From Raillietiella orientalis (Eukaryota), in the NCBI GenBank assembly GCA_036172245.1, contig JAYWIR010000020.1:2976001-3040000 (forward strand): 64,000 bases of DNA, given 5' to 3'. Below the pieces are notes generated by a model. The model was not told the origin of the DNA and ran no database searches. It was given only the letters and a program-made list of their open reading frames with translations. The first letter of the stretch is position 1. Each line of letters begins with the position of its first letter. Made by a program: the position numbers and the translations under genes. Positions 1 through 14,100 of the stretch are shown here, in pieces.

Positions 1-3000
1 TGTTTCGAAGGGGAGCGTGTGGTTTGTTTTCTGATCAGATTTCGACAGACCAAGGAGAAGGAGATTCCAGCCGAAGGCGGAAAAACCGTGGTGCTCGAAT
101 GATCTGGCCGTTCCTTTTTCGAGTGGATTCTTCGCTCGTGCACTGGAGCTGGTGTTGGGAAATCGTCGCATTTATCATAGTGAACACTCTGTCACATGCA
201 GTGTGGAGCTTCTCGCCCCAATAGGGAGATTGCATGCTAGAAACATGGGCATGCAATCTTGGCGCACTCGTTTGCAGTGGAGACTCCGAAATCGAGTTTT
301 TGGCCTGGTCAAGTGCAGCTGTCTTTCCTTACGCCTCGTTCCTGCATCTGGGCCTCCTTCCGGGATCAGGCAGCTCTCGAGCAATCCTTGAAGACGTTCC
401 TATGGGCAGCTGATGTCTGGGGGAGGATCATGGTTTCCTTGGAAATCCCGAAGATGGCTCCAACAAGTTTATCTTGAACTTGGAGAATCACAGCACTTGA
501 GATAGTTACCTTGGATTCACGGACTTTTTAGATCCACCTTCGGAGATAATCCCATTCTGTGAGCTGGATAGTCTTCCAGAACGCCGCCTGCTCTGCTCGT
601 ATTCATAGGAAGCCTACTACGAACGATTTTCGCTCGTTCGTTTCGCGATTTTTCGTGCGTTCTCAGCGCGCATTCTCATTTTGAAGATTGGTTCCCCATT
701 GGCGAGAATGATGGCGCATTCTAGATGAGATGTGCTGTCTCCTTCGAGCAGCTGGACAGTATGAGACGGGTTAACCGGGGAGATTGGAACCCTGAGCTGA
801 ACGGGAACCGTCCTCGAGCGAGTCATGCTGCAGGTCATCGTCATATCGTCAGTTGCGCCAGCTGTGGTGGATGGCGTGTGAGCCGAACGGCGTTATAAAG
901 CGAGTGCGCTGATTGGTACGAAATCTGCAACTCCATTCTTTGGACACCGTACGATTGCACCGTCTGAGAGCACCGAACGATTCACCAGGAAAACCGACCA
1001 GGATCATCTGGTTTCATGAGTCCCTTTGCTTCTGAAAAAATCGACCAGGCCATTCCTCCATATCTCTTCGGTCAGCATTCATTAACTGGCTCTCTCTATC
1101 AACTGGCCCACAGCTGCCTAACGAGTTTGCGCCCATGAAACCAGCAACCGTTCAAAGAAGGAAGAAGGCACAGATTTCAAAAAGCAGGGAAACGCTTGCT
1201 TGCTTGGGATTTTGCTTCATATGTGTCAGCGACGGGTCATTCGGGTTTGGAATTCCAAAATTTCGAGGATCCCATTCTTTTTATGAAGGCATCCTTGCTG
1301 CGCTTTTCTTGATCCCTAAGCAGGCAGCTTCAGACCTCGTTCGGTACGAAGGGAAGAATTTGCACGAAAACGCGTTTCATGAAGGTTCAGCTTACACAAG
1401 ATACAGTTCCAAGTGCTACGCACTGAGCGCTTATTGAAAATCACCACTTTGGTTTTCAGCACTTTGAGGGGTGAGATGAGGAACTCTTGGATTTGGGAAC
1501 ACCTTTCGAGAGGACTCTTCGCTCGAAACGTGTGCTGAAGATGTTAGCAGTTTCAGTGTGACACACCCTGACCCTCTCCAGTGCCTGCGAATCTCATGCA
1601 ACGTGGCCATCACAGATTAGCCATTGCTGTGGATGCCCAGATGGCCTTGCTTTACTGACGCCAGCAATCTTGCTTTGTGATGAACGATTCTGTGACTTTA
1701 GCTGGGGATTCTCGGAGTTTTGGGAGCGTTCGTCTAGGAAAGCTCTCTTCAGTCTGCTCTCCCATATCACAAGGTCGCGGAACGAACAGAAGTGGGGACA
1801 AATTCGTACAATTTCCCTCTGATTAGCATGTGAGTTTTTTTTTCTTCTGGGAGAGGAATCAGGTCCCCGTCCGTGTAAAGTCACCTGAATTGCGTGTCAT
1901 GTGCAGGGTTTAATGGATCATTCATAAGCAGCCTGCACATCGAGAAGCGCTTACATCCATACCATGACTTCCCATCGTCATGAGGTAGATGGGATGCAAG
2001 GAAATGTTTCATGCTAATTAATTGTGCTTTTTTTCCAAGATGCTGTCAGAGTAAAAAGAAGGCAACTCAGTGGGTGCGCAACTACAAAGCGAGAGATGTT
2101 TTTGATCATATCTCTTTTTCTTCTATCCTGTTTCTCTTCCCTTTCTTTGGAAACACCAAGCAAAAAAGCTGGAAGACTTGAAAAAGAAAGTGCAAAGGAG
2201 CACTCGAAAGTTCTTACTCTAGGATGAGTCATTTAGAGCGTTATGCAGATTGGCAACTCTAAAGCCTTTACGGAGCTGATCGAGATCACTTGGGTAAACC
2301 TTGTGATCCCTGAGGAAATCATCCAGCATTCAAAACCCGAGTTTCTCCCAGATGCAAAGACAAATCTCGAAGAACAGGTGACTCTTTCCCTTAGCCGAAC
2401 GCCAGGTCATTTCTGAAGCCAGCGAACGCAAATTCGAATGGATTAGGACCTCTGAAAATCTAACAAGCTTTTTTGTTTCCCATGGTACCATCACTTTTAT
2501 CTTTGGACGAGTATGCGATGTACAGAGCCTATCAGCTCTTAGAACGCTCATCGGTATTCATGAAACGTCTTTTGGGATGTATGCATTATTGATAAAATTA
2601 TTGGCAAATCCAGACCTTACCTACATGTATTCCATGAAGGAATATCACGCTACCTTTTATCCAAATGAACCTACGACAATTTCGTTTCGGTCGCCCATTG
2701 CATGTTTAACTTGATTCAGCATGAGCATCCTTCCGCTTGGTAAAGGTGTTCGTGTTGAATCAAGTTAAACACGCAGGGCTTACAAGTAGCCGTCTTGTTG
2801 GTAAAAGAAAAGAAAAATACACTAGATATCTTCCAAGATTTTACAGACATTCGAACGGGAACGGGTACTTAGATGAGATAGCGGAAGGATGGAGAGTAGG
2901 AAGCCTTAAAAGCTTCGAAAACGACCACAGCGAAATGAGGCCATCACAACAAGCAATGGTTTGTTGCAGGGCTGATTGCTCTTGAGGTCATGTGTTACAT

Positions 3001-5350
3001 GTGAGGCTATCTTGTTGAGCTTCCTTAAAGATGAAGACTGGATGGCACCAATTAGGGAACACTCTTTACAGCTACCGAGAAACTCATGTCGTTGACAGCA
3101 CTCTAGACTCCTAGGTTCAGTACTGTTTGGTATTTCGATGTTACGTGATTTTTTTAGAGTTTCATCTAATCTTTGCACACAATGAGATCTTTTGATGCGA
3201 TAAATATTTTCATGTGGATTATACAAATTCTAAAAACCCGAACAAGACTTCCGATGCTAGAAGGATTGATACAGTGCTTGAGCAACAAAGGCACTAACTT
3301 AATGTAGTTAATCCCGGATGTAAGAGAAATCAAAATAAAGAGTCAGTGCTTCTGCAGAGAAACAATTTTTCAAGCATGATGAAGAGAAATAGAAAACGGT
3401 CTGGAGAGTCAGAATGGTAGCCGTGTACCTTTCTGGATGCACCAACTTTGACCATCTGGGAGGGTAACTGAAGTGTGTGTCTCCACACAGATGCAGATGT
3501 TCCTGTCAGCATTACAAAAACTGTTTTTGTCAAGTTTTTGGCACTGAAGATCAAGCAGGCATGATTCATTTAGACGGCTTTCTGAAATGTAGTAAACAGT
3601 GCAACAGTACATGGAGCAGTTTCTAGAACTGACTTGGTTGATTATCACTTGTGATCCATTCATCTCAGGCAGCTCTTATTCCTATTTTTTTAATAGCGGA
3701 TTTTTTTGTGCGTTCTTGTGTTGATTCACAAGGTCTTTTTTTTTTTTTTTTCCCGCGTTGGCGGAATACCTTGCCAAATAGCCAATTACCTTGAAAAGTT
3801 CTTGTTTGAACTCATGAACTCTGAGATCACGGTTACCCACATCTTGCACGCACTAAGAGCTTTTACATCTTTTAAATGTAAAGTAAGCAATCGGTGTTAA
3901 CGATAGTTAAGTAAAGGTGTTAAATCCGAAAATCTCTTACGAACGCATCCTACGCTTTAGCTTTCCAAGTACAAATGAAGAAATTCAAGAGAAATGAAGA
4001 AATTTTTTTTCTTTTAGTAATGAGCAGCGATTATCAGATGACATTTTGATCAGCAAATAAATCTGGCTCTATCTATAGATTTTGTGCAATTCTAAAAAGG
4101 AGGGCTGCTCGTAATAGTGAGTGTTAATTAGATTCTGAGAATCGGAGAATGAGATTCTGACCACTAAGGGCTTTCTTTTTAATTTGCAACTTCGTTGACT
4201 TCAGCCCGGAGACACGAAGTTTTTAGGACGTTCCAACGAATAACCACACCTCTGCTCACAGCTTGCTTCTTTCCGATTTCGTTTGTGATCTTGGATTTAG
4301 GATCTTTCAACGTGGTGTGAAGAAAGGGCTTTCGAATAAATCACGGAACTGTTGCAGTCTTTCGCGGGGGCAGAAGATAGAAGTTCTAGGCATATTAGCT
4401 CTTTCTATTACTTTACGGGGTTGAGGGTTCCTTCTTTGACTCGGCAGTTTGATTGAGATATTTTAGCTCGTAGATGAAAAGGTACAGCTTCTCAACCAGT
4501 AGCCCACTTAACACGTGTAACAACAGTTCCTCCCGTTTTGCACGAATCTTTCATAGAAATCATCCAAAGAAACCTCTATTGATTGTTCATTTATTTATTT
4601 GTTTTTTCATGGCAAGGCCTTCCGAGTTAGGTAAAGGAATACTTTACTGGTCCAAGGCACTACTGATCTGGCAAGTTTCGATTAACACATTAGCAGAAAA
4701 TCGTGTGTTGAACTCTACAGTCATGGTATTGCATGCATTTCAAAGAACAATTAAAGAATTTTAGTGGGTGGCCCTACTGGTGGTAAATTTTCAAAAAGAA
4801 TTCTTTAGTGCTTGCATTCCTTCACCTTGCACACACCGACTCCTCATCGAAAGGAACACGAACGGTCGGCCCTAAAGGAAGATCACAGGCAGAGAGAATC
4901 TTGCTCGTGTGCATTCAGCTAATTCGGCAGCGATTTCCAAAATAGAAAGGACAATGACATCGGACGAAGATTGTTCTTAGTTGTAACTGACTGCCAGCGT
5001 AGTGCACTCACCTTCTGCCACTTTGATTGATTGGAAGATGAGGAAAAAAATTTCAGCTTTCCGGGACCGTCAGCGAAATTTCTCTGTAGAGATCAGGAAA
5101 TGCTCCTTTGGGATACATTCTAATCCACTGTCTGGGTGGTAAATTGAAATTTTGAATTCGCATCGAAGCTAGAGTTAGATACATGCATTTAGATGAATCG
5201 AAAGAACGTCTCTCTCTTTTCTTAGTCTCGACCTCGACTGAAAACCAAGATTCAGACCACTGCTGGACAGATGCTGAACCGAGATCAACTCTCAGCTTGT
5301 GCTATCAGACTTACATTTCCAGTGCCTCTACGATTGAGAGTGAGCGAGGT

Positions 5351-6650
5351 AAAGTAATAGAGGGAACTAAGAGATCGTGCTAGGGTTTGCACCGATGGGA
5401 GGGTCGCTCATATGGAGAGGTCGTGTGTGTGCTCATGTTCGAAAATCCGAATGATTCTTCCAAGTGTTCTCTTTGCTTTCAGGATGCCGCCTCGTTTTCG
5501 TGCTGTTTCTAAAAGAACAATGGCGTTCGAATGATGTCGTCAAATTTCCCTAGGTAAAGCATCTGTATTTTCAGAAAGAAGCGCCGATTTCGGACGCGAA
5601 GCTCAGATTTCATCTCAAAAGATTGTAATCAGCATGAGAACATTGGAGGATGCAGCTGATACCGGTTAAGACGAAGCCCTCCTGCAGGTCCTCACGACGA
5701 TGCCTCAGCAATGCTTCAGTGATGGTCGCTGGCTGAAAGGAATCCACTTTCAAACGGAGCAGGCAGCAGAAAAGATGCATTCCTTTCTTCTGTGTTTTCT
5801 TTCCGATCTCTGCAGAGATGCTTTTCGAAAAGGAAGATGGATTCAACGATTTATTTCGCTTTCCTAGACACCTATTTTCTACTTCGACTGGAAGAACTTC
5901 TCTTTCTTCTATGTGATGTAGTGGCAAGAAAAATTTAATGTTCTCCCCGATAACTTCTAAAAAGCTTGGAGCTGCGGTTTGCAGTTTATTGTGTTTACTC
6001 CCAAAAGTGCTGTATTAATGCTTTTCGACAAACGATTAAGAAAATTGCTAAGATGATGCAACAGCTCAAGCTCTTTCACTTATAGCATTCTCTTCTTTCA
6101 GATGGTTCGAGTTTTTAACCTTTATTTCATTCGGCTATTGCTTCGGTTACATTTGGTGCGAATGTAACCGAAGCTTCATGAAGATTCAGAATCTGTTACG
6201 AGAAAGCGCATGAAAGTAAACATCGTGACAACCATGCATCTTCTAAAGCATATAGATGGTAAAATGGAGCACAGTGAAAGGCACCTTCACTACCCACCAC
6301 AGCATCCCTCTACGCAACAGAATACTGTCAGTGTAGATTCACTAGTATACAGGGATGCTGAGTACTCTCATTTTGCAAATTCCATGTGTCATTCACAAGC
6401 CACAAGCTCCTTTTCCATCATGAATGGTGGTTTCTGTTTTGATGATAGAGTCTGAACATGCACAGGTTTTCTTCTTGTTCGCAAGCCCTAATGTGTGCCA
6501 GATTCCTTCCTCCTTTCCCTATTAGTTCATTGTCAACTCTAGTTTCATGTCTTCAGCATCTGACTATGGAATCTCCTCCATCATAAGTGTCTTCCGCAAG
6601 TCAAATTTCCCATTTGCACCTCACTTGGCAAAAGTAATAGAGGGAACTAA
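5351..6650 (+). repeat. Exact 20-bp direct repeat pair (aaagtaatagagggaactaa) at 5351-5370 and 6631-6650
   Basis: Identical 20-mers 1280 nt apart; the core tagagggaact recurs at 52109-52119. Confidence 0.8.
6140..6174. repeat. 14-bp perfect inverted repeat with 7-nt loop
   Basis: gcttcggttacatt (6140-6153) / aatgtaaccgaagc (6161-6174). Confidence 0.8.
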
Positions 6651-9600
6651 CTTAACTTTCGGTTCCTTATTTGTTGCATGAAGGTGATTTTCTGTTCTCC
6701 GAGGATATCCTTGGAATGCTTGTGGAGCGCAGCAAAACTGCTTTCGAGCAGGCACTTCCACTAGACTGTCTCGAAAACAAACAAAAGAGCTGGTGAGTCC
6801 TTTCATCGAATTCGGGGAAACGTCGAGAGCAAGCACACCACCCAAGCAAAGGTCATTTTCCCTGACTAAGATGTCTCACCAATGTCCATAACTCTGCCCA
6901 AGAATAATAAATTTCTACTGAAGATAATCTTTTCCACGTTCTGACAACTTACATTGGCTACTTGAAAGACTTATTTCTAGAAAACATCCGAAATCCGATG
7001 TTGCGATCCTAATCGAAAGGAAAGAACATCTTTAAATGTCTTTTTTGGTGATTTATCTTGCATCCTTTTCATGTATAAGTGTGAGGGACGAGTTTTATTT
7101 TTAAATCTCATTAGCGTTGAAAGACCTTTTTGAATGTTCTAAACACTTGCCATTCTAAACACTTTCCTCGAAGCAGCAGCATGCACTGAGCATGCTGGTG
7201 CTTTGAAATTAAATCGTCTGCAATGGTCTGGGTATTGCCTTTTCCTCATGTTCAAGTTTAATGGTCTTAAGAGATTACTAAGTGTAGGTTCCTCACTGTA
7301 GGGAACTTCAGGAGCGACGTCCAAAATTTCGAGGTGACTATTTTTCGTCATCTATGGGTCTGAAGAGATGCTGCTCCTTGACTGCTTGACTATCAGCATT
7401 CGTGGACAGCTTCAGTCTTCTTGCGGAATTCGCTAAATTCTTTTCAAACATAAAATTTAAACTTTCGCAGCCGGTACTACGGCATTCGGAAGGCACCATG
7501 AGTGCATAAGAGAGCACGTCGCACACGAGTGCATCACGTGCACGAGGGATGACGAAGAATTCAATGCTTTTAATCTTTTAAAGAAAACAAGAACCGATAT
7601 GCTACTTTGGGAATTCGGCTTTCCAAGATTTTTCTCAACCCCAGCTTTGTAGAATAAGAATAGGGATGTTGGAGTCCTTCAGTACCTTAATTGTCACACT
7701 GTTAGCATTTCTTCACTGTGACTGACATCCAAGATGGTGCAGCGTCCCCACTGCCTCCGTTTCCCTTACATTGGGATGGCTCTCAGCACTGATGCTCCTC
7801 CGAAAGATGGTCTTTCGATGCTCTTTCGAAGAGTTCTCTCTTGATCCTTTCGGAAAAACATCTGTTTCGCTTGGTACCTTCAGCACCTGATGTCTTCATC
7901 CCTCTCGACTTGAACAAACTACAAAAGGAACTTGCATATGGCAGCGGTTGCATGAGTTTGGCGAACGTTCCAGAGGAACTTCCTCGTCGTTCCTTTAGCT
8001 TTCTTCCCTTTTTGTAGGGGAGGAGTGCCAGGCTTCCTATGAGCTTCTAGCGACTTGCATCTGCGGTTAAAGCGAACGTCTTCAGATGGATCCGCTCCCG
8101 GACGGTGCACTGAAAGGGCAGTGCCCACAGTCTGTGGCGGATGGAAGGAAGTTTCGGATTCCAAGTCAACCGGAGTGGAAGAACAAGCCCTTTTGTGAAC
8201 TCCGTGGTTTTCCCTGACCAGATCAACTTTGTATGAAAAACCTGCCTCTGTGAGTTCCACTTCTCTTTTCCCGATTGGCGGAGGACCTTGCTAATGACCC
8301 GTCGCACCACACTAGTCTCGGTTGCCGCTGCGCTCGTCTCGTCAAGAGATCGCTGTGAGCTGGTTCCAGGAAGCAGAGCTCCTGCCCCACTTCTTGGGCC
8401 TTCCCTTCGACGCTTAAAAGAGGAACACTTCCCACGACTCATTTTCCTCCCTGCCCCACGTCTGACGGCGTCCTTCCCTTCCCAATTCTCTTCTTTACTT
8501 GCTTCCTTCGAGGTGGTACCCCGAAGGGTTCGGAAAAAAGCACTTCTGATCGCCTGTGATCAGATACCGGCATCTTCCTCAGCTAGCAAACTTTGGTTGT
8601 GCTTCGCGGTTCTGGGAAGTAGGAGAGAGGGAAAGGAAGCTGTCCTTCCTCGAAGGAATGGATCTCAGGATGACCTCTCATCCGACGCGACACCGGCTGC
8701 ATCGGTACTTCTTTCTTGAGATCAGGGAGGAGGAACGGAGGAAGGGGTGAAATTGAATCCCCTTCCTGTGGAGCCGAACTCTGGGAGGACGAAAATGATT
8801 AGGCGAAGAGGAGGGTGCAGAGATTGTGATCCAGAGACTTTTGAGTCCAGCTGACACAGTGGCTCGGAAGAGCAGGTAAGGCGAGGAGCAGAGAAGGACA
8901 GGAACGATGACAGCAGCGCGAGGAACAACAGGGCTAATGCTGCCTTCCTGAAGCCGCGTGATTCTTGGCAAGGACTGTTGTCTGGGACACGCGGAAGCTT
9001 CGTCCGGTCAGGCAACTTCTGGACAGGGCGTGATGGGCAGCGCGGGAGAGACTGGGAGGAAGGTGGGGGAAAAAAGTGGAAAGCTCCAGGATCGAGTCGC
9101 TTCTGATACAAGGAGGAGGAGGAGGAGAGGGATCAGTTTCTTTGCGGGGAACTTGGAGGAAGGTAAGGCAACTCCCAGACTCGCAACAGACGCCCGCTCT
9201 CACGCAAAGTGCGGCGGTCCTTGGTATGGGGTATCGAGCCTTCCGATCCCTTCCCTCCTTGCTCTCGGAAGAGAGAAAGAAGGTAGGAAAAGAAAAGAGG
9301 GACCGACTTGCGCACGCATCCGCGAGAGCTGAGAGCGACCCCTGCCTGAGAAAGGCAAGACTTGGGCACCGGCTTCGCGCTGGGCGAAAGAAGACGCCGC
9401 AGTGGCTCGGAGAGACCACTTTGCACCTCCTCTCTGCCGCATGCGCGTGCAGCCGGGACCCTTTCCCTAAGTTCATCCGAAGAGCGGTTGGGAGCCGTCG
9501 GGGAAGGCGGGAGCAAGGCAGGCGTGGCTTTTCCGACTCCCTCGCTCCGCCCATTCCTGCAAGGTTTTCACTCCACCCCGGATGGTAGTCGCTAACCTTC

Positions 9601-11023
9601 CGCTTCCCCCTCTTTCCTCCCTCAGGACAGCGCGCGATTTTTCAAGAGACAGAGACGCCAGGAGCTTCTCATGAGAGGCGGCGGAAGAGGGACATTTGAG
9701 GAGTCACGGGACCAACGAGGGGGAGGAGGAAGAATCTGTTGCTAACTTCCCCTACTGAGGAGGAATGAGAGATCCATTTCAAACGTGAAGGATGGAAGAG
9801 TTGATCTAGCACTTTCTCTCCCGCGCTTCCCCGTCCGCGTTCCTGTCAAAAAGAAAGAAAGAAAATGAAGGGAGAGGCAGACGTTAGGGTTTGCGATCGC
9901 CAGCTCTGTCAACCTTATTGGTGAGCCTGACCTCTGCGCAGAGCGTTCTTGATACCATTTGGGCGGGGTTCTAGATTCCAAATAAAAATCTTTGCCGCAC
10001 TCTCGTGCTCCAGGAAGTTTCTCCTGTCGAGGGTCGTCTCGACGAGGTCCAAGAAAACCGAAGCTCCTGAAGAGACCATCCCAAAGGGGGTGAACTCGAT
10101 GAACGCGTCTGCTTCTGTCGCAACTCCTTCTCTCTCCCTCTCCCAAATCAATACTCAGTCCAATCGTCGTCCTCCGCTGGTGCTTTCGCGGCTCAAATGC
10201 CGTCAACAGGAAAACTGACCTTTCCTTCTCCTTTATTCTTGATTCATCAAAGACTGCTGCGATCCACCGACATCTTCTGCAGTGCTCAGGTTCCAACTGA
10301 AAGATGAGGTTGGCTTCCTCCAAATTGGAAGTTCCTAGGGAGAGGAATGGCAGAGTCGAACTTATTCCAGTGCAGTCCCAAGGAGGTGTTCCCTGGACGA
10401 ACAGCGTCCTTTTCCCGCTTCTACTCCCCCCCTTCCTCTGCTGTCCTTCATCGTCTGTTCACCTTTTGCCATTCAGAAGCCGGATGGCTAAAGAGTCTAA
10501 CGAGCGGGGAAGAAGCCCCAAAGTTTTACGTTTGATGGCCAGTTGGCACACCATCTCCTAGCTGACGGACTCAGTGGGTTTTTGCTCTCCGCTCCTCTTG
10601 ATACCTGCCATAGACCCACTTCGGTCGACATAAGAAATCCCATCGTCTAGCGATACAGGAAGTGCAAGAAGAATGCGGAGCTCATTCTCATTCTCCGCTT
10701 GCTCCTCATGGAATGCATTAGTGATCCTTTGCCTCTTGAACATCCCAAAGCAGCATGCAACACAAAGGTCGTTCGATTTCTGTTCCAGATGGTCATCTCC
10801 CCAGATCTCCCAGACATTAGTGAACTTTCAGAATCGATTTTCGTGGATTCTGCTCAGCGTCCACTTGTTCACCGGGGATTCGGAAACAAGGGTGGCAGGG
10901 ATTTCCTTGTTTTAACGGGGTAACCAACACTCTCAAGTCAAGCCTCGAGTTCCTGACTTTCCACTCTTCCCACACTTCTAGTGCCACCGAAACAACAAGT
11001 AAGCAAGCAAACATTGTCCCGGC

Positions 11024-11134
11024 ATTCAAATGACCCATAGCGTCTGGGTCATTTGAATTCGTGACCCCGGGCACTGGGTCACTTTCGTGACCCAGTGCCC
11101 GGGGTCACGAAAGTGACCCCGGGCACTTTCGTGA
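11024..11134. repeat. Cluster of three interlocking perfect palindromes
   Basis: 14-bp IR 11024-11037/11045-11058; 25-bp IR 11058-11082/11087-11111 with a TTTC loop; 15-bp IR 11094-11108/11113-11127 with a GAAA loop. The unit gtgaccccgggcact recurs in alternating orientation. Confidence 0.9.
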
Positions 11135-14100
11135 TCTGAGAGAGAAGGTTTTTTAACCCGACCCATCGGGAGCATGCCTATTTTCCTCTATCCTCTAACT
11201 CGACCTATGTCTATGGCCACTGAATTTTGACTGAACACAATCCTGACCAATCTAACCTTCACGCCAACTAACCTGGCCCTGCTTGATTCACCGTGTGCAA
11301 TCATACCATCCCGAAACATGGCTACCGCCACCACCTTCACCCTTCTGCAACCAATGCAGCAGCGACATTCTGGGGAAATCAGCAATGCTCACGAGGACGG
11401 CGACGGCGTCCGTCCTCAACATTCTGTCTCACCTATGCACCATTCAAGGCCATTTCTCCTCGCATCATGAAACAGAAGGGACCGCGTGCACGACCACAGA
11501 CTTCGGCAGCAGCCCGGCAGTCAACACGTCGGGGTGGCCCGGCACCTGAGCCACCCGACGTGGACACGAAAAAATCTAAGATGGATCCCTTGTCGGCTTC
11601 CCATGAGGAACCCATGTAAGATTCAGATGGTTTCCACAATTCCCGAAAGCAGCTTGCATTTTCGAATATCGAGACGTGTCGGAGACGTTCCGACCGGGTC
11701 TTACGTGACCTCCAGAGCAAACGGGAAGGTCTTTCCCAGAGGTGGAGCAGCTGTCGTGTTACTCTCACCATGCATCCGCAGTTCGATTGAAATTCTCGGA
11801 GAAATTCGATGCCGGCTTCTGGCACGCTGTTTCTTGAAGCGAGCTTCAGGTGGTTTGGGATAACGAATTGCAGATGCCATCAGTCTGGCGAGTGGCAACA
11901 GCAATGGGAGTCAGCTAACACTATGGAGGCAAAGATTTTTACTCTCTCCAATGAAGGCTCAAGGATCCCAGTCAATTTTTGCTGATTTTTTCCCCCATTT
12001 ACAGGACTAGGACAACGGCAGCCTTCTGCGACCAAAATGAAAAAAGCCCAAGAATCCTATCGATTCGCACAAAGTTCTGATGAAGTTGTTTCCAGAGAGC
12101 GAAAATAATTCTCAAGTGAGGGAAAATCGAGTAACAAACTGCAAAGCCGAAAAATTCCGGGAGATTCACACTGATGATTCTTAGATGCGTATAAACGGAA
12201 GAGGAAAGCAACGGGCATGTTCTTCGCAAAAGTAGGTGATCCGTGCACAGAGTGCACGAACAAAGAGAGCACAGAGGGTGTTATATACTTATGTGTTTGA
12301 GAAATAGGCTGCACTTGAGAGTGCTCCATATCCCAACGGTGGTGATGATTACCTGCTATGAAATTTTCATTGCTTATAGATATGTATAAAAATCTTCATT
12401 TTGTAGTAACCGGATTGTTTACATCAAGTGACGTAGTCTTAGGGAGAAACTTTTAGAGAACGAATGAAGAGCGAAAGGAGAATGTGATATTCCGAATGCC
12501 TGCTCTCCTTTGCCAATCATTGCAGTCGATGTCTTATGATAAGTCATCGGTGCTGCAAGACTACCTATGATTCCTAGAAGTATTGAAGATTCCGAGATCA
12601 GGCGTTTATTCGTGACTGCTGCTAAGTTCTGTTTACGCGAGAGTCCCGCATGCAACGTTGGTGAGGAAGCGACTTTCCAAAATAATCCTGGACATCTATT
12701 TTTCTTTCCTACAGCCGCAACGACTTGAGTGATAAGCTTCCCTTACGAAGGAAGTCGAATTGCCTAGGTTTTCATGCATTTGTCTATCAGTTCTCCGTTA
12801 GGTGACCTTGCAAAAACTAAAATTCTCCGTATGCTCCATCTTAACGATTCCTCCGCATCCCACGGGAACCCCACTTTTAATACCTCAGGTTTATCCCAGG
12901 ATAAAAACATAGCAGTTTTACAAGCGCCTATACTCTGGACCACTGCTATGGAGCACACCGGACACCCACTTGGAAGCGACGATTCAGGAAAATGTTGGGA
13001 CGAGGTCCCATGCTACTGTCTCAGGTTCGTTTTGGACCTTAGAGATAGGCTGCTGCAAGCGGCATTTTTTAAAATAGATGCTTGCTCGCCTGAAGAAAGA
13101 ATCCTTTGCAAGATTCGTTGTTCATTCCATTATGATGACGTTTTGATAGATCCCAGGAAGGATAAGAGAGAATCCGTTTCAACACTAGCGTGTCAAGTGA
13201 TGTGAGCAGCCGTAACCATCAATCTCTCTGCTTTGCTTTTGATGGCCGTGCATGCATTCTATCAGCACGAAACGTGATGCTGGTCAACTTCGGACAGCCT
13301 AGCGGTTCGATGATTCTTGCGTGCGACACGCGGACTGTGGAACCGAGGTTGCTCCCCGTCGTTCATGCACTGGATAGAAAGTGATTAGGCTGCTTCTTCG
13401 GCAACGGATGGAAATCCAGCAGGAAACAAGAGAGAACTGACTAAATTTCATCCTGCAGCACGGAAGAGGAAAACGAGTGGACTCTGGGGCAGCCGAAAGA
13501 ATGGTCAGAAATCCGTGTGATTGGGGCTATGGTTTCCCTGTTAGATGCTAAAACCCCGTTTCCGTATTAGAAATCCCGACAAAGCTACTTCGAAAGTTCA
13601 GTAGTCACGATGAGCATTATGAACATCTCTATGAACTACAATCTGCATCGAAACCAGCAAACTGACGATGTTCTCACTGATGAACAAAGAATGCTCAGCT
13701 TTTGGAGAGCGCTTCAAAACCAGTCTTTCGATTTCTCTTTAGAGTAGAAAACAACTCACTGGTGCTGATCAAAGCAGGGGGGACGAAGGCGGAGTTTAAG
13801 ATGAGTTCCGTCCAAGGTACGTGATGGATGAGATAAAGATTTTTCTGATTTCTCCGCCATTTCATTTGATTTCCAGGAACAGTTCCGAGTCGTCCAGCAT
13901 CTCGACAATACTCAAGCCACCTGGATACAGAGGTTGTTCTGCTCGTATTGAAATGCCAGTCACGCTTTCTGGAATGTAAGTGATCCGAAGAGAAAAAAAT
14001 GCGCGCAAACAAAGCACCATCTTCAAGTAACATGTCCTGAGCAGCAGACACTGAAGAGGATCTTCAATAGCATGGGCATTTCTTAATCAGGTCTGTCCGG

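Noticed and set aside
617..844. 75-aa minus-strand ORF followed by an open frame after TAG TAG
   Set aside because: No recognisable motif, the candidate acceptor at ~926 gives stops in all frames, and readthrough of a double stop is unsupported.
8200..10600. Stacked 100-200 aa ORFs on both strands, plus strong-looking acceptors (plus 9623-9625, minus 9843-9845)
   Set aside because: GC-rich low-complexity translations with no domain signature; the candidate exons could not be joined into a coherent frame.
11283..11863. ORFs next to the palindrome cluster as a possible viral Rep or transposase
   Set aside because: No HUH, helicase, DDE or RT motifs are visible, and the ORFs are short and disordered.
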